Source: a virus
DNA length: 44,202 bases
Direction: 5' to 3' (one strand)
IMG/VR virus record: IMGVR_UViG_3300026851_000039
Coordinates: 1-44,202 of that record
Shown: piece by piece, positions 18,376 through 28,336 of the stretch
Layout: each line of letters opens with the position of its first letter
Numbering within the stretch: position 1 is the first letter of the stretch
The notes under the pieces: model-generated
Database searches by the model: none
What the model was told of the DNA's origin: nothing
The model's input: the letters and a program-made list of their open reading frames with translations, nothing else
Position numbers and translations under genes: made by a program

Positions 18376-18726
18376 ATGGCAAACCCCGAACGCAAGACCT
18401 ACCTGCCGAGCCAGCTCTCGGCGGGCGACTTCCCCATCGTGATGGACACCGGCGTTATTGCCGCTGGCCAGAAGCTGGCCCGCGGTGCGGTGCTGGGCCA
18501 AGTCACCGCCACCGGTGAGTACCTGCTGTGCAAGGCCGCTGCCGAGGACGGCTCGCAGACGCCGGTGGTGATCCTCGATCAGGATGTCGATACCACCGAC
18601 GGCGCCAAGAGCGCGCCGATCCGTCTGACCGGCCAGGTGCTGGGCAGCCAACTCACCTTTGGCGAGGGCCTGACCCTGGCCGCTGCGAAGGCCGCTCTGC
18701 GTCCTCTCTGCCTTTTCATTCGTTGA
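18376..18726 (+). CDS. Head decoration protein (gpD-like)
   Basis: GQKLARGAVLG...DGSQTPVVIL; between protease and capsid genes. Confidence 0.85.
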   Translation: MANPERKTYLPSQLSAGDFPIVMDTGVIAAGQKLARGAVLGQVTATGEYLLCKAAAEDGSQTPVVILDQDVDTTDGAKSAPIRLTGQVLGSQLTFGEGLTLAAAKAALRPLCLFIR

Positions 18727-18737
18727 TCGGAGCACCC

Positions 18738-19769
18738 ATGACTGACATTTTCGACACCCTGACCATGCTGGAAGCCGTCGAGCAGATGGTGACGCCGCGG
18801 CGCTTCCTCATGAACACCTTCTTCAACGGCGGTGCTCCCGAGACCTTCGGCACTGAAACGGTCTCCATCGACATCGTGAAGGGGCAGCGCAAGATGGCGC
18901 CGTTCGTACACCCGACCCTGCCAGGCAGTGTGTCGCAGCGTACCGGCATCAATTCTTCGACCTATAAGCCGCCGTACATTCAGCCGAAGCGCGAAACCCG
19001 TGCAGAGTTGATCCTGAAGCGCGGGGCGGGCGAGACCCCGTTCTCGACACGCACTCCGCTTGAACGGGCCGGTGAGCTGCTCGGCCGCGACCTGGTGGAC
19101 CTCGATAACGAGATCACTCGCCGCGAGGAGTGGATGTGCGCCCAAGCACTGACTACCGGACGTATCCGGGTAGTCGGCGACGGTGTGGATGACACCATCG
19201 ACTTCCTTATGGAAGACACCCACAAGGTCACGCTGGCCACCGGTCGCTGGAACACCGAGGGCTCTGACCCGATCGCCAATATGCGCCAGTGGCGCCGTCT
19301 GATCGCCAAGGACTCCGGTCGATCGGCAAACGTGGCGGTGTTGAGCGCCGAGGCGCAGGACGCCTTCCAGAGCAACAAGACGGTGCTGGCACAACTGAAC
19401 AGCCGGCGCGTGGACATGGGGATGATCAAGCCTGAAGAACTGCCGGACGGGGTGACCTACCTCGGTTACCTCAACGATCCGGGCATCGATCTGTACGTCT
19501 ATGACGAGTGGTACCTGGACGCAGCCGATACCGAACAGCCGGTGATTCCAGCTGGCGGCTTGATTCTGGGTTCCACCTCGACCCGCAACGCCATGCTCTA
19601 CGCGGCCGTTCAGGATCTGGAAGCCATCGAGAGCGGCCTGGTCGAAGCGGCGCGCTTCCCCAAGAGCTGGGTCACCAAGGAGCCGAGTGTGCGTTGGCTG
19701 AAGCTCCAGTCGGCACCATTGGCCGGCATGCTGGAACCGAATGCTTTCCTTTACGCAAAGGTGGTGTGA
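18738..19769 (+). CDS. Major capsid protein (lambda gpE family)
   Basis: MAPFVHP, YKPPYIQPK, RREEWMCAQAL, LQSAPL; GGAG RBS. Confidence 0.93.
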   Translation: MTDIFDTLTMLEAVEQMVTPRRFLMNTFFNGGAPETFGTETVSIDIVKGQRKMAPFVHPTLPGSVSQRTGINSSTYKPPYIQPKRETRAELILKRGAGETPFSTRTPLERAGELLGRDLVDLDNEITRREEWMCAQALTTGRIRVVGDGVDDTIDFLMEDTHKVTLATGRWNTEGSDPIANMRQWRRLIAKDSGRSANVAVLSAEAQDAFQSNKTVLAQLNSRRVDMGMIKPEELPDGVTYLGYLNDPGIDLYVYDEWYLDAADTEQPVIPAGGLILGSTSTRNAMLYAAVQDLEAIESGLVEAARFPKSWVTKEPSVRWLKLQSAPLAGMLEPNAFLYAKVV

Positions 19770-19770
19770 C

Positions 19771-19950
19771 ATGGCAGCGAAAACGGAATACGTGGTGGTA
19801 GACGGTTGTCTTCAGGACGGTGCCAAGGTGATCCGCCAAGGTGAGGTCTACGAACCGCCCAGCAAGGAAGTCGCCGAGCTGCTGATGGCCGAAGGCAAGA
19901 TCGCTCGACGCGGCCAGCTGCCGAAAGATGGCCAGGAAGGCGGTGACTGA
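19771..19950 (+). CDS. Small head-associated protein
   Basis: Tightly packed ORF after the capsid gene. Confidence 0.65.
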   Translation: MAAKTEYVVVDGCLQDGAKVIRQGEVYEPPSKEVAELLMAEGKIARRGQLPKDGQEGGD

Positions 19951-19952
19951 TC

Positions 19953-20273
19953 GTGGGCTTCCGCGATCAGGTGGCGGGCATGGATGCTGCGCTACTGGAA
20001 GAGCTGGGTGATGAGGTCGAAATCGAAGGTTTCGACGAGCCGGTGAAGGGGTTCATGTCCGTGCCGTGGCAGCAGCCAAAGGTCGGCACGATCAACACCG
20101 GCCTTCGTCAACCGGTCTTCTCTGTGCGTGTGGGTGACGCCGCGGGCATCAAGGAAGGCTTGCACCTGGTCTGCGATCTTGCCCCTGCGGATGGCGGTGG
20201 ACGGTACGTCATCGCCAAGCGTGACCCGGACGGTACGGGTTGGATCAATTTCGCTTTACGGGAGGTTCGATGA
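19953..20273 (+). CDS. Head-tail joining protein (gpFII-like)
   Basis: Position; DPDGTGWINFAL C-terminal motif. Confidence 0.75.
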   Translation: MGFRDQVAGMDAALLEELGDEVEIEGFDEPVKGFMSVPWQQPKVGTINTGLRQPVFSVRVGDAAGIKEGLHLVCDLAPADGGGRYVIAKRDPDGTGWINFALREVR

Positions 20274-20932
20274 ATGTCGGCAGCTATCACAAGCAGTCCT
20301 CCGACACCGGCCTGATCACACTGCAGGCGAACCCTCGACAGGTGAAGGGGTTCGAGCAGTTTGCCGGGCTGGTGCCCAAGGCGATCAACGCAGCCCAGCG
20401 CCGGGCCATCAACAAGACCTTGCGCTGGCTGCGGACCCATGTCGCGCGTTCGGTAGGCCAGCAGGAGCGCATTGCCATCGCGGCGGTGCGGCAGCGCCTG
20501 CGGGCCTACACGGTGGGCAGCAACGGGCAGGGCAGACTCTGGTTTGGCCTCAACCCGATCGAGGCCAGCCGTGCTGGCCGGGCCAGGCAGACCCGCGCAG
20601 GTGTCTCGGTGGCGGGGCGGCGATATCAGGGCGCGTTCTATCGGCAGGTGTACGGCGGCAATCCAGACATCTGGATCCGCACGGCTAGCAAGCACTTCAG
20701 AGCGAGCGACTATCCCGAGAGCGAGGTTTCGAAAGCGGGTGGGGCCAGCTCGGGCTGGATCGCCGAGAACGACAGTCGCTTTCCCTTGGCCAAGGCGAAA
20801 ATCTCACTCGAGGCGGTGAGGCCTCACTTCGAGTCATGGACGAACAAGGCTCACCAGCGGTTGCTGGTGGTGATGGAGCAGGAGCTGAACTTCGAAATGC
20901 ACAAACTCTTACGGAGAACTGGTAATGGCTGA
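20270..20932 (+). CDS. Neck/minor tail protein (gpZ-like)
   Basis: AQRRAINKTLRWLR; basic; GGAGG RBS and ATGA coupling. Confidence 0.7.
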   Translation: MNVGSYHKQSSDTGLITLQANPRQVKGFEQFAGLVPKAINAAQRRAINKTLRWLRTHVARSVGQQERIAIAAVRQRLRAYTVGSNGQGRLWFGLNPIEASRAGRARQTRAGVSVAGRRYQGAFYRQVYGGNPDIWIRTASKHFRASDYPESEVSKAGGASSGWIAENDSRFPLAKAKISLEAVRPHFESWTNKAHQRLLVVMEQELNFEMHKLLRRTGNG

Positions 20933-21458
20933 TGATCCGATCCCTCTGGCGAGGGTGTACGCCGCGATGGAGGAGGCCATAGCTCAGGCCATTCCTGGCC
21001 TGCACTACGTGGGCACGATGCCCGGAATGCTTCAAGCCATCGCCGTCCCTGGGATTGTTCTGGAGCTGTCCGGGTTCGAGCCCGCTGACTATGACCCAGG
21101 CACGGGCGAGGTAGCGATCGAGGCGCGTTTCGAGGCACGGGCTATCGTCGGTGCCGAGCATGACGATCATCTACACGTCGCGGCGTTTATCGCTGCTCAG
21201 CTGGCGGTGCTGCTGCGTATGCAAACCTGGGGGATAGAGGTTGAGCCAGCTCAGCTGGTTCGGGCTGAACCCGACTGGAGCAGGCCAGAGCTGGACGGGC
21301 TGGCGGCTTGGGTGGTCGAGTGGACCCAAGTCATCTACCTCGGTGAAGAAGAGTGGCCCTGGCCCAATCAGCCACCAGGCTCGCTTGTCTGGGGTTTTGT
21401 TCCCGACACCGGCCCAGGCAGTGAAGGCAGTTACCTGCCACCGGAGGCCATGGGATGA
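20925..21458 (+). CDS. Tail terminator-like protein
   Basis: Position before gp[19 protein letters not shown] resembles the first R-pyocin structural gene. Confidence 0.65.
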   Translation: MADDPIPLARVYAAMEEAIAQAIPGLHYVGTMPGMLQAIAVPGIVLELSGFEPADYDPGTGEVAIEARFEARAIVGAEHDDHLHVAAFIAAQLAVLLRMQTWGIEVEPAQLVRAEPDWSRPELDGLAAWVVEWTQVIYLGEEEWPWPNQPPGSLVWGFVPDTGPGSEGSYLPPEAMG

Positions 21459-22036
21459 GCTATGTGTCGGCAATGCACGACCGTATGCTGGCCAGCCTGG
21501 TGATCCCTTGTCGAGTGGTCGCGGTCGACCTCGCTGCGGCGATGGTCCGGGTCTCGGACGGCAGCGGCTGGACCAGTGCCTGGGTGCGTTGGCACAGCCA
21601 GGCCGCGGGAAAGGCACGCCACTGGCGGGCACCGAGCCTGAACGAGCAGGGTGCCCTGATCAGCCCCAGCGGCGAGCCCGCCCAGGGCACCTTCGTGCCG
21701 GGGTTGTACGGCAACGCCGGTGCCCAGCCGGACAACCGCGACCACGTCGAGACCTGGCGCTTCGACGATGGCGGCTCGCTGATCTACGACTGGCAGGCCA
21801 AGAGCTACACCATTCAGTTGCCCAGCGGCACGGTGACCGTCCAGGTGGGCGCCTCACAGGCGGTACTGACAGGCGAGGCCATCATGGCCAAGTCCGGCAG
21901 CATCAGCGCGCAGGCCGACACAATCACGTTGACGGGCCCGGTGACAATCAACGGTCCGCTCACAGTGACGGGCGATATCAACGGAGGTGGCCGGATTATC
22001 GACACCACCGGCAACACGGCGAATCACAAACACTGA
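21455..22036 (+). CDS. Baseplate spike (P2 gpV-like)
   Basis: [20 protein letters not shown]-terminal HKH metal-binding tip. Confidence 0.9.
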   Translation: MSYVSAMHDRMLASLVIPCRVVAVDLAAAMVRVSDGSGWTSAWVRWHSQAAGKARHWRAPSLNEQGALISPSGEPAQGTFVPGLYGNAGAQPDNRDHVETWRFDDGGSLIYDWQAKSYTIQLPSGTVTVQVGASQAVLTGEAIMAKSGSISAQADTITLTGPVTINGPLTVTGDINGGGRIIDTTGNTANHKH

Positions 22037-22039
22037 CCA

Positions 22040-22064
22040 GAGCCCGCCCAGCGCGGGCTTTTTT
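22040..22064 (+). terminator. Terminator-like hairpin within the late operon
   Basis: GAGCCCGC-ccagc-GCGGGCTTTTTT. Confidence 0.55.
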
Positions 22065-22079
22065 ATGCCTGGAGGTTCC

Positions 22080-22295
22080 ATGGCCAAGACACAAAAAGAA
22101 TCCGGTGAGGTTGTCGAGCCCTTACCGCAACCCAGCAAGGCAGTCACCTTTATCGACCAGGAGTACACCCGGCGCACGCTGGTCCTGCCCGATTGGCTGG
22201 TGCTTGAGGTTGTGCAGGGGCAGGTCACCCTCGCGGGCGATGATGCCCCTGGCTTGGCCTACATGCGCAACCGGCCCGACTTCAAGGAGGCCTGA
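22080..22295 (+). CDS. Small hypothetical tail-region protein
   Basis: GGAGG RBS; fills the gap between gpV and gpW. Confidence 0.65.
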   Translation: MAKTQKESGEVVEPLPQPSKAVTFIDQEYTRRTLVLPDWLVLEVVQGQVTLAGDDAPGLAYMRNRPDFKEA

Positions 22296-22297
22296 CC

Positions 22298-22624
22298 GTG
22301 ATCGGCATGGATCGTCGAACGGGGCAGCCGGTCTCCGGCCTGGCGCACCTGCGGCAGTCCATCGAGGACATTCTCGGTACCACTGTCGGCAGCCGGCGGA
22401 TGCGTCCGGAGTATGGGTGCCAGTTACGCCGCTACGTGGACTTGCCGGTGAATGAGGGTTGGAAGAGTGCGGTTCAGGCCGAGGTCGCCCGTGCTCTGGG
22501 CCGGTGGGAGCCACGGCTACGGTTGGCGCGTGTGCGCGTTGTGGCCGTTGTCGATGGGCAGATCAGCTTGCAGCTGACCGGCGAGTACCTGGGTGACAGC
22601 GCAGTGATGGAGGTGAGTGTATGA
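22298..22624 (+). CDS. Baseplate wedge protein (gpW/gp25-like)
   Basis: HLRQSIEDILGT...GSRRMRPEYG...RWEPR. Confidence 0.92.
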   Translation: MIGMDRRTGQPVSGLAHLRQSIEDILGTTVGSRRMRPEYGCQLRRYVDLPVNEGWKSAVQAEVARALGRWEPRLRLARVRVVAVVDGQISLQLTGEYLGDSAVMEVSV

Positions 22625-23502
22625 GCGCAGTGGACTTGTCGCAGCTCCCGGCGCCGCAGGTGTTGGAGAGCCTGGACTTCGAGGAGATTTACGGCGAAGA
22701 GTTGCAGCGCTTCCGCGAGTACATGGGCGACAAGTGGGATGCGCTGCTCGAGAGTGACCCGATCACCAAGCTCCTCGAGCTGGGCGCGTTCCGCCGGATG
22801 CAGAACCGTGCGCGGGTCAATGATGCTGCGAAGTCTCTGCTACTGGCCTATGCAACGAAGGCTGATCTCGACCAGCTGGCCGCCAATGTGAACCTGCAGC
22901 GGCTGGTGGTGCAGGCTGAGGACTTGAACGCGGTACCACCGGTGGAACGGGTTCTCGAGGCGGACGATGCACTGCGTGAGCGCGTGCAACTGGTGTATGA
23001 GGGGCTCACCACCGCCGGCCCGCGAAACAGCTACATCCTGCATGCGCGCAATGCTTCGGGCCGCGTTGCGGATGCCACGGCAGAAAGCCCGGCCCCGGCC
23101 GAGGTGGTCGTGACCGTGCTGGACCTGGAGGGCACAGGGTTGGCTCCGCCTGAGTTGTTGGAGACTGTACGTCTGCATCTGAGTGACGACGATATACGCC
23201 CCGTTGCCGATCGGCTCACTGTTCGGGCTGCTGAGATCCTGCCGTATCGGGTGGAGGCTGTCGTGTACATGTCGGGTTCAGGACCGGAGAACGAAGCGAT
23301 CCTGGCTGAATGCAAGGCGCGTCTCGAGGCATGGGTGAATCCACGGCGCCGGTTGGGGCAAGAGGTGGCGCGGTCAGGGGTGGATGCTCAGTTGCATATC
23401 GCCGGCGTTCGCCGGGTAGAGCTAATGGGTTGGTCGGATATCCGTCCGACGAAAGCCCAGGCGGCCTGGTGCGAGGATATCAGAGTGACGCGGGGTAGCT
23501 GA
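22621..23502 (+). CDS. Baseplate protein J
   Basis: DLSQLPAPQVLE, LESDPITKLLE, TAGPRNSY, RPVADRLTV. Confidence 0.93.
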   Translation: MSAVDLSQLPAPQVLESLDFEEIYGEELQRFREYMGDKWDALLESDPITKLLELGAFRRMQNRARVNDAAKSLLLAYATKADLDQLAANVNLQRLVVQAEDLNAVPPVERVLEADDALRERVQLVYEGLTTAGPRNSYILHARNASGRVADATAESPAPAEVVVTVLDLEGTGLAPPELLETVRLHLSDDDIRPVADRLTVRAAEILPYRVEAVVYMSGSGPENEAILAECKARLEAWVNPRRRLGQEVARSGVDAQLHIAGVRRVELMGWSDIRPTKAQAAWCEDIRVTRGS

Positions 23503-23503
23503 C

Positions 23504-24112
23504 ATGAAAAGCCTGCTGCCGTTGAACAGCACCCTGCTGGAACGGGGTGTTGAAGTCGCCACGGAAGAAGTGACCGAGATCCCGCTTCGGACGCTGTACA
23601 ACGCCGACACCTGTCCGGTTCATCTATTGCCGTATCTGGCCTGGGCCTGGTCGGTTGACAGGTGGGACCCGAGCTGGGCCGAGCCGGTCAAGCGTGCGGC
23701 GATCAAGGCCTCGTATTACATCCATGCGCACAAAGGCACCATCGGGGCTTTGCGGCGTGTGGTCGAGCCACTGGGTTATCTGATCGAGATTATCGAGTGG
23801 TTCAACGCCGTGCCCGAAGGCGTGCCTGGAACCTTTGCTCTCAAGGTCGGTGTGCTTGAGACCGGAATCACCGAAGAAATGTATCAGGAGCTGGAGCGCC
23901 TGATCGACGACGCCAAGCCCGTCAGCAGGCACCTGACGGGGCTGGCCATCAGCCTCGAAAGCCAAGGGGCTTTGAACATCAGTGTCGCCGTGTACGAAGG
24001 CGACGAAATCGACGTTTACCCGCCAGTCATGCGTGACATTGAAGTCACCGGCTCTTTCGGCGTGGTCGGTCGCGAACACTCCATAGATACCTTGGACGTT
24101 TATTATGATTGA
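23504..24112 (+). CDS. Tail protein I (P2-like)
   Basis: LLPLNST, LLPYLAWAWSVDRWD, HKGTIGALRR. Confidence 0.93.
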   Translation: MKSLLPLNSTLLERGVEVATEEVTEIPLRTLYNADTCPVHLLPYLAWAWSVDRWDPSWAEPVKRAAIKASYYIHAHKGTIGALRRVVEPLGYLIEIIEWFNAVPEGVPGTFALKVGVLETGITEEMYQELERLIDDAKPVSRHLTGLAISLESQGALNISVAVYEGDEIDVYPPVMRDIEVTGSFGVVGREHSIDTLDVYYD

Positions 24113-25664
24113 CGCGAATTCGCAGTTTTTCGCCATCCTCACGAACGTAGGCATGGCCAAACAGGCGAACGCCGACGCGCTCGGCATTCCCTGGAAGATT
24201 ACAGATATGGGGGTAGGGGACGCCAACGGCACCGACCCTATCCCCAATGCAGCGCAAACACGGCTGATCAGCGAATGGCGCCGGCGGCCGCTCAATCAGC
24301 TCAGGGTTGACCCGGTCAACCCGGCGGTGATCATCGCTGAGCAGATTATCCCGGCGGACGAGGGCGGGCATTGGATCCGCGAAATCGGTCTGTATGACGC
24401 TGACGGGGATCTGGTGGCGGTGGCGAACTGCGCGCCGAGCTTCAAGCCAGTGCTGTCGCAGGGGTCGGGCCGGACTCAAGTGGTGCGGATGAACTTCATC
24501 GTTTCCAGCACTGGCAATATCACGCTGAAGATCGATCCGGCGGTGGTGCTGGCGACTCGTGAGTACGTCGATCTGCGGATCATGGAAGAGCTGTACAAGC
24601 TCGACAACAAGCAGTCGGTCCGGGTGGCCACCACGGCCAACATCGCCTTGGCTGGGCTTCAGACCATTGACGGCATTGCCCTGATAGCGGGCGACCGGGT
24701 GCTGGTGAAGAATCAGGCCGTGGCGAAGGACAATGGCTTGTATGTCGCCGCGGCCGGTGCCTGGGCCCGGTCGGCGGATGCGGACACCAGCTCAAAGGTT
24801 ACTTCGGCGCTGATAGTGTCTGTCGAGCAGGGCGCGACACTGGCCGACACGCGCTGGCAGCTGGTGACTGACGGGGTAATCGTCCTCGGCTCAACCGCGC
24901 TGGTCTTTCAGAACGTCACGCAAGGTTTCGCGCCGATCAACGCGCCGGCGTTGATCAACCCGACTGCGAACACACCGCCACAGTTCGATAGCTCGCCAGC
25001 GCTTGCAACGACTGAATTTGTCGGGCGTGCGCTTGGAAGCTTCAGGGGCGGCACTGGTATTTCAGTAAGTCGAGCGTTGACGGGGGATGATATCGGCAAG
25101 CGGCTGGAGTTAGCTGCCGGCGTTACTGTGACGATGCCGGCGACAGCATCTGTTCCGGATGGTGCGGCGGTACTGATATCTGCGGGGCCGGTGTCGGCAA
25201 ATTCGCGCGTGACTGTTGTTGCGGGAGACCAGTTGGCAATGAGCAACCTGTCAGTGAGCGTCCCATATACGCTTGCTCCTGGCGGTGACTTCATTGCAAT
25301 TCGTGAGGCCAATGTTTGGCGCTGTCACTTCGGTAGCGAGATTCTTCGGACGTCACCAGTATTTGCCGCAATCTTTGGAAGCGACGCTAATCAAATGTTG
25401 CCAAGCGGCTGGATATTCAAAATTGGGCATGCATCGACGAACGGTTCGGCAGGATCTGTGACGGTTACTTTTCCCGTCGCCTTCCCCAAGGCCTGCATGT
25501 ATGTGGGGGCCATGTACGGTGGCGCCAGTACGGCCGCGAGCCCGGTACTTTGCCAATCCGGAGTGCCGACCCGAACAGGTTTTACGGGTTATCTAACAAA
25601 TGTGGTTAACAACAGCGGCTCCGTGACTGATGGCGGTTACAACTGGCTGGCCATCGGCTACTGA
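24105..25664 (+). CDS. Tail fibre protein (P2 gpH-like)
   Basis: N-terminal GGHWIREIGLYD...QGSGRTQ; C-terminal VTFPVAFPKAC...NWLAIGY. Confidence 0.9.
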   Translation: MIDANSQFFAILTNVGMAKQANADALGIPWKITDMGVGDANGTDPIPNAAQTRLISEWRRRPLNQLRVDPVNPAVIIAEQIIPADEGGHWIREIGLYDADGDLVAVANCAPSFKPVLSQGSGRTQVVRMNFIVSSTGNITLKIDPAVVLATREYVDLRIMEELYKLDNKQSVRVATTANIALAGLQTIDGIALIAGDRVLVKNQAVAKDNGLYVAAAGAWARSADADTSSKVTSALIVSVEQGATLADTRWQLVTDGVIVLGSTALVFQNVTQGFAPINAPALINPTANTPPQFDSSPALATTEFVGRALGSFRGGTGISVSRALTGDDIGKRLELAAGVTVTMPATASVPDGAAVLISAGPVSANSRVTVVAGDQLAMSNLSVSVPYTLAPGGDFIAIREANVWRCHFGSEILRTSPVFAAIFGSDANQMLPSGWIFKIGHASTNGSAGSVTVTFPVAFPKACMYVGAMYGGASTAASPVLCQSGVPTRTGFTGYLTNVVNNSGSVTDGGYNWLAIGY

Positions 25665-25674
25665 GGAGGGGGGT

Positions 25675-26094
25675 ATGTTCGCTAAATGGGTTGAAGAAGA
25701 TGGTCGGTTTGCTTTCGATGAAGCGGATAACGGGGGTATTGAGATAACCAGCGAAGAGCATGCTGCGCTCTTTGAGCCTGGGCGGGAGGGGAAAATAATC
25801 GCCCCTGGGGTTGATGGCCGTCCAATATTGCAAGACCCACCATTGCCAACGTTAGAGGAGCTAACGTTCGTTGAGCGTGCCTGGCGAGACAAGCAGCTTT
25901 CGCTGACAGATGGAACTGTCACACGTCACCGCGATGAGCAGGAAGAAGGCTCAGCAACCACATTGACTCCTATGCAGTACACCCAGCTTCAGGCATACCG
26001 GCGTGCGCTGCGCAACTGGCCGGAAGCGGGGGAGTTCCCGTTGAAGGATCACCGACCTGTCGCGCCGCCATGGCTGGCTGAACAACTTGAATAA
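25675..26094 (+). CDS. Tail fibre assembly chaperone
   Basis: ERAWRDKQL...YRRALRNWPE...FP...RPVAPPWL; GAGGAG RBS. Confidence 0.85.
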   Translation: MFAKWVEEDGRFAFDEADNGGIEITSEEHAALFEPGREGKIIAPGVDGRPILQDPPLPTLEELTFVERAWRDKQLSLTDGTVTRHRDEQEEGSATTLTPMQYTQLQAYRRALRNWPEAGEFPLKDHRPVAPPWLAEQLE

Positions 26095-26176
26095 ACGCCC
26101 CGCACTGACGGGGCGTTTTCATTTCCGCTATTTGAAATCATCACCCACCAAAGCCTCGCTCCTGCGGGGCTTTTTC
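26093..26176 (+). terminator. Two hairpins between tail-fibre and sheath genes
   Basis: AAACGCCCCG-cactga-CGGGGCGTTT and AAGCCTCGC-tcct-GCGGGGCTTTTT. Confidence 0.55.
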
Positions 26177-26192
26177 GTTTCTGGAGACTCTA

Positions 26193-27362
26193 ATGAGTGG
26201 CTTCTTTCACGGCGTTACAGTAACAAACGTCGACACCGGAGCGCGCACCATCGCGCTGCCGTCGTCATCGATTATCGGCCTGGTCGACACTTTCACCCCT
26301 GGCCCTGACGCCAAGGCCAAAGCGAATGACCTGGTGCTGATCACCAGTGAGCGCGAAGCGGTCGCAGCGTTTGGCCCGAATGCTGCGATCACCAAGGCTT
26401 GCCTGGCGATTTACACCCGAGCCAAGGCGGTCATCGTAGCCTGCGGTGTTGAAAAGCTGGCCGATCCTGCGGAGCAAATCTCGGCGATCATTGGTGGTAC
26501 GAAGGCTGACGGTACCCGCACCGGCCTGCAGGCGCTACTCGACGGCAAGAGCCGCTTCAACGCACAGCCGCGGTTGCTGGTGACACCGAAGTACAGCGCG
26601 ACCCAAGCCGTGGGCACCGCACTGGTGGCCTTGGCCGACAAGCTGCGCGGCCTCGCCATCATCGACGGTCCTAATACCACCGACGAAGCGGTCATCGCTT
26701 ACGCCGGCGAGTTCGGCGCCAAGCGGGCCTTTCTGGTCGACCCCGGTGTGCAGTACTGGGACACGGACACTAGCGCGACCGTCGATGCGCCCAGCTCGGC
26801 CTATGTTGCCGGCTTGTTTGCCTGGACTGACAGCGAGTACGGGTTCTGGGCCTCGCCATCGAACAAAGAGTTCGTGGGCATCACCGGCACCTCGCGTCCG
26901 GTCGAGTTCCTCGACGGCGACGAGACGTGCCGCGCGAACCTGCTTAACAACGCCAATGTGACGACCATTATTCGCGACGACGGCTACCGCCTGTGGGGCA
27001 ACCGCACGCTATCGAGTGATCCGAAGTGGGCCTTCGTCACCCGCGTGCGGACCATGGATATCGTGATGGACGCGATCCTGTACGGCCACAAATGGGCTGT
27101 CGACCGATCGATCACGGCCACCTACGTCAACGATGTGACCGAGGGGCTGCGGGCGTTCATGCGCGACCTGAAGGCTCAGGGCGCGATCATCAACTTTGAG
27201 GTGTACGCCGACCCAGAGTTGAACACCGAGAGCCAGCTGGAGCAAGGCAAGGTGTACTGGAACATCCGCTTCACCGACGTCCCGCCTGCCGAAAACCCCA
27301 ACTTCCGCGTCGAGGTCACTAAGCAGTGGCTGGGCGAAGTCCTCGACAACAATGCCGCATAA
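26193..27362 (+). CDS. Contractile tail sheath protein (P2 FI-like)
   Basis: FFHGVTV, GFWASPSNK, GYRLWGNRT. Confidence 0.95.
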   Translation: MSGFFHGVTVTNVDTGARTIALPSSSIIGLVDTFTPGPDAKAKANDLVLITSEREAVAAFGPNAAITKACLAIYTRAKAVIVACGVEKLADPAEQISAIIGGTKADGTRTGLQALLDGKSRFNAQPRLLVTPKYSATQAVGTALVALADKLRGLAIIDGPNTTDEAVIAYAGEFGAKRAFLVDPGVQYWDTDTSATVDAPSSAYVAGLFAWTDSEYGFWASPSNKEFVGITGTSRPVEFLDGDETCRANLLNNANVTTIIRDDGYRLWGNRTLSSDPKWAFVTRVRTMDIVMDAILYGHKWAVDRSITATYVNDVTEGLRAFMRDLKAQGAIINFEVYADPELNTESQLEQGKVYWNIRFTDVPPAENPNFRVEVTKQWLGEVLDNNAA

Positions 27363-27374
27363 GGAGCGCACCCG

Positions 27375-27884
27375 ATGGCAATGATTCCCGAAACCTTGGC
27401 CAACCTGAACCTGTTCGTCGATGGCGTCAATTTCCAGGGCGACGTGCCCAGCCTGACTTTGCCCAAGCTCACCCTGAAGATGGAAGAGCATCGAGCCGGC
27501 GGCATGGATGTGCCGGTGGAACTGGACCAGGGCATGGAAAAGCAGGAGGCCGGCTTCACCACCACTGGCGTGCGCCGCGAGTCGCTGAAGTTCTTCGGCC
27601 TGGCTGACGGCACCGCCTTCAACGGCACTTTCCGCGGGGCCTACAAGGGCCTCAAGGGCAAGGTCACCCCGGTCATCGTTACCCTGCGCGGGGCGTTGAA
27701 AGAGGTCGACATGGGCGACTGGAAGCCAGGCGACAAGGCCGAGATCAAGCACAACGTCGCCGTGACCTACTACAAGCTCGAGGTCGACGGACGCGTGGTC
27801 TACGAGATCGATGCTCTGGGCATGAAACGGGTCATCAACGGTGTCGATCAGCTCGCCGCGCAACGCCAGGCCCTGGGCCTGTAA
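27375..27884 (+). CDS. Tail tube protein (P2 FII-like)
   Basis: LTLPKLTLKMEEHRAGGMD, YYKLEVDG, INGVDQLA. Confidence 0.95.
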   Translation: MAMIPETLANLNLFVDGVNFQGDVPSLTLPKLTLKMEEHRAGGMDVPVELDQGMEKQEAGFTTTGVRRESLKFFGLADGTAFNGTFRGAYKGLKGKVTPVIVTLRGALKEVDMGDWKPGDKAEIKHNVAVTYYKLEVDGRVVYEIDALGMKRVINGVDQLAAQRQALGL

Positions 27885-27908
27885 CCCTCACTACAAGGAC
27901 AAACTCCC

Positions 27909-28205
27909 ATGACCAAGAAAATCCCCGCTTTCCTGCAGGTCGACGTCGACCGTGTCACCGTCAAACTGAGCAAGCCGAGCGAGTGCAACGGCGTCACGGT
28001 CGACACACTGAGCCTGCGGGCGCCGACTGTTCGAGATATCCGCACTGCCCAGGTTACCGCCGATGGCGATGATGAGCAGCGTGAACTGAATCTGTTCGCC
28101 TCGCTGGCCGAAGTCAGCGTAAAGGATCTCGAAGGGCTGGCCCTGAAGGATTACACCCGTCTGCAGGCCGGCTATTTTCGCCTGGTGCAAGACGACGAGC
28201 TTTGA
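27909..28205 (+). CDS. Tail assembly chaperone (P2 gpE-like)
   Basis: LSLRAPTVRDIR, LFASLA, LKDYTRLQ; between tube and tape measure. Confidence 0.85.
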   Translation: MTKKIPAFLQVDVDRVTVKLSKPSECNGVTVDTLSLRAPTVRDIRTAQVTADGDDEQRELNLFASLAEVSVKDLEGLALKDYTRLQAGYFRLVQDDEL

Positions 28206-28317
28206 CCCGCAGACCCAGAAGCAGCTGGCCAAACGGCTGGCTGCCGAGCTGGGCTTCTCGGCAGCAGAGATCTCTACGATGTCCTGGATAGACATCGTCT
28301 GGTGGCTCACGGATTGA
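28201..28317 (+). CDS. Frameshift extension of the tail chaperone (E'-like), +1 frame
   Basis: Reads FDPQTQKQLAKRLAAELGFSAAEISTMSWIDIVWWLTD*, resembling P2 E'; begins at CTT-TGA-C. Confidence 0.65.
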   Translation, partial: FDPQTQKQLAKRLAAELGFSAAEISTMSWIDIVWWLTD

Positions 28318-28336
28318 GCCTGCAGGAGGGTAGCGC

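Noticed and set aside
24105..26094. Tail-fibre inversion system or diversity-generating retroelement
   Set aside because: No invertase, reverse transcriptase, second fibre tip or template repeat seen
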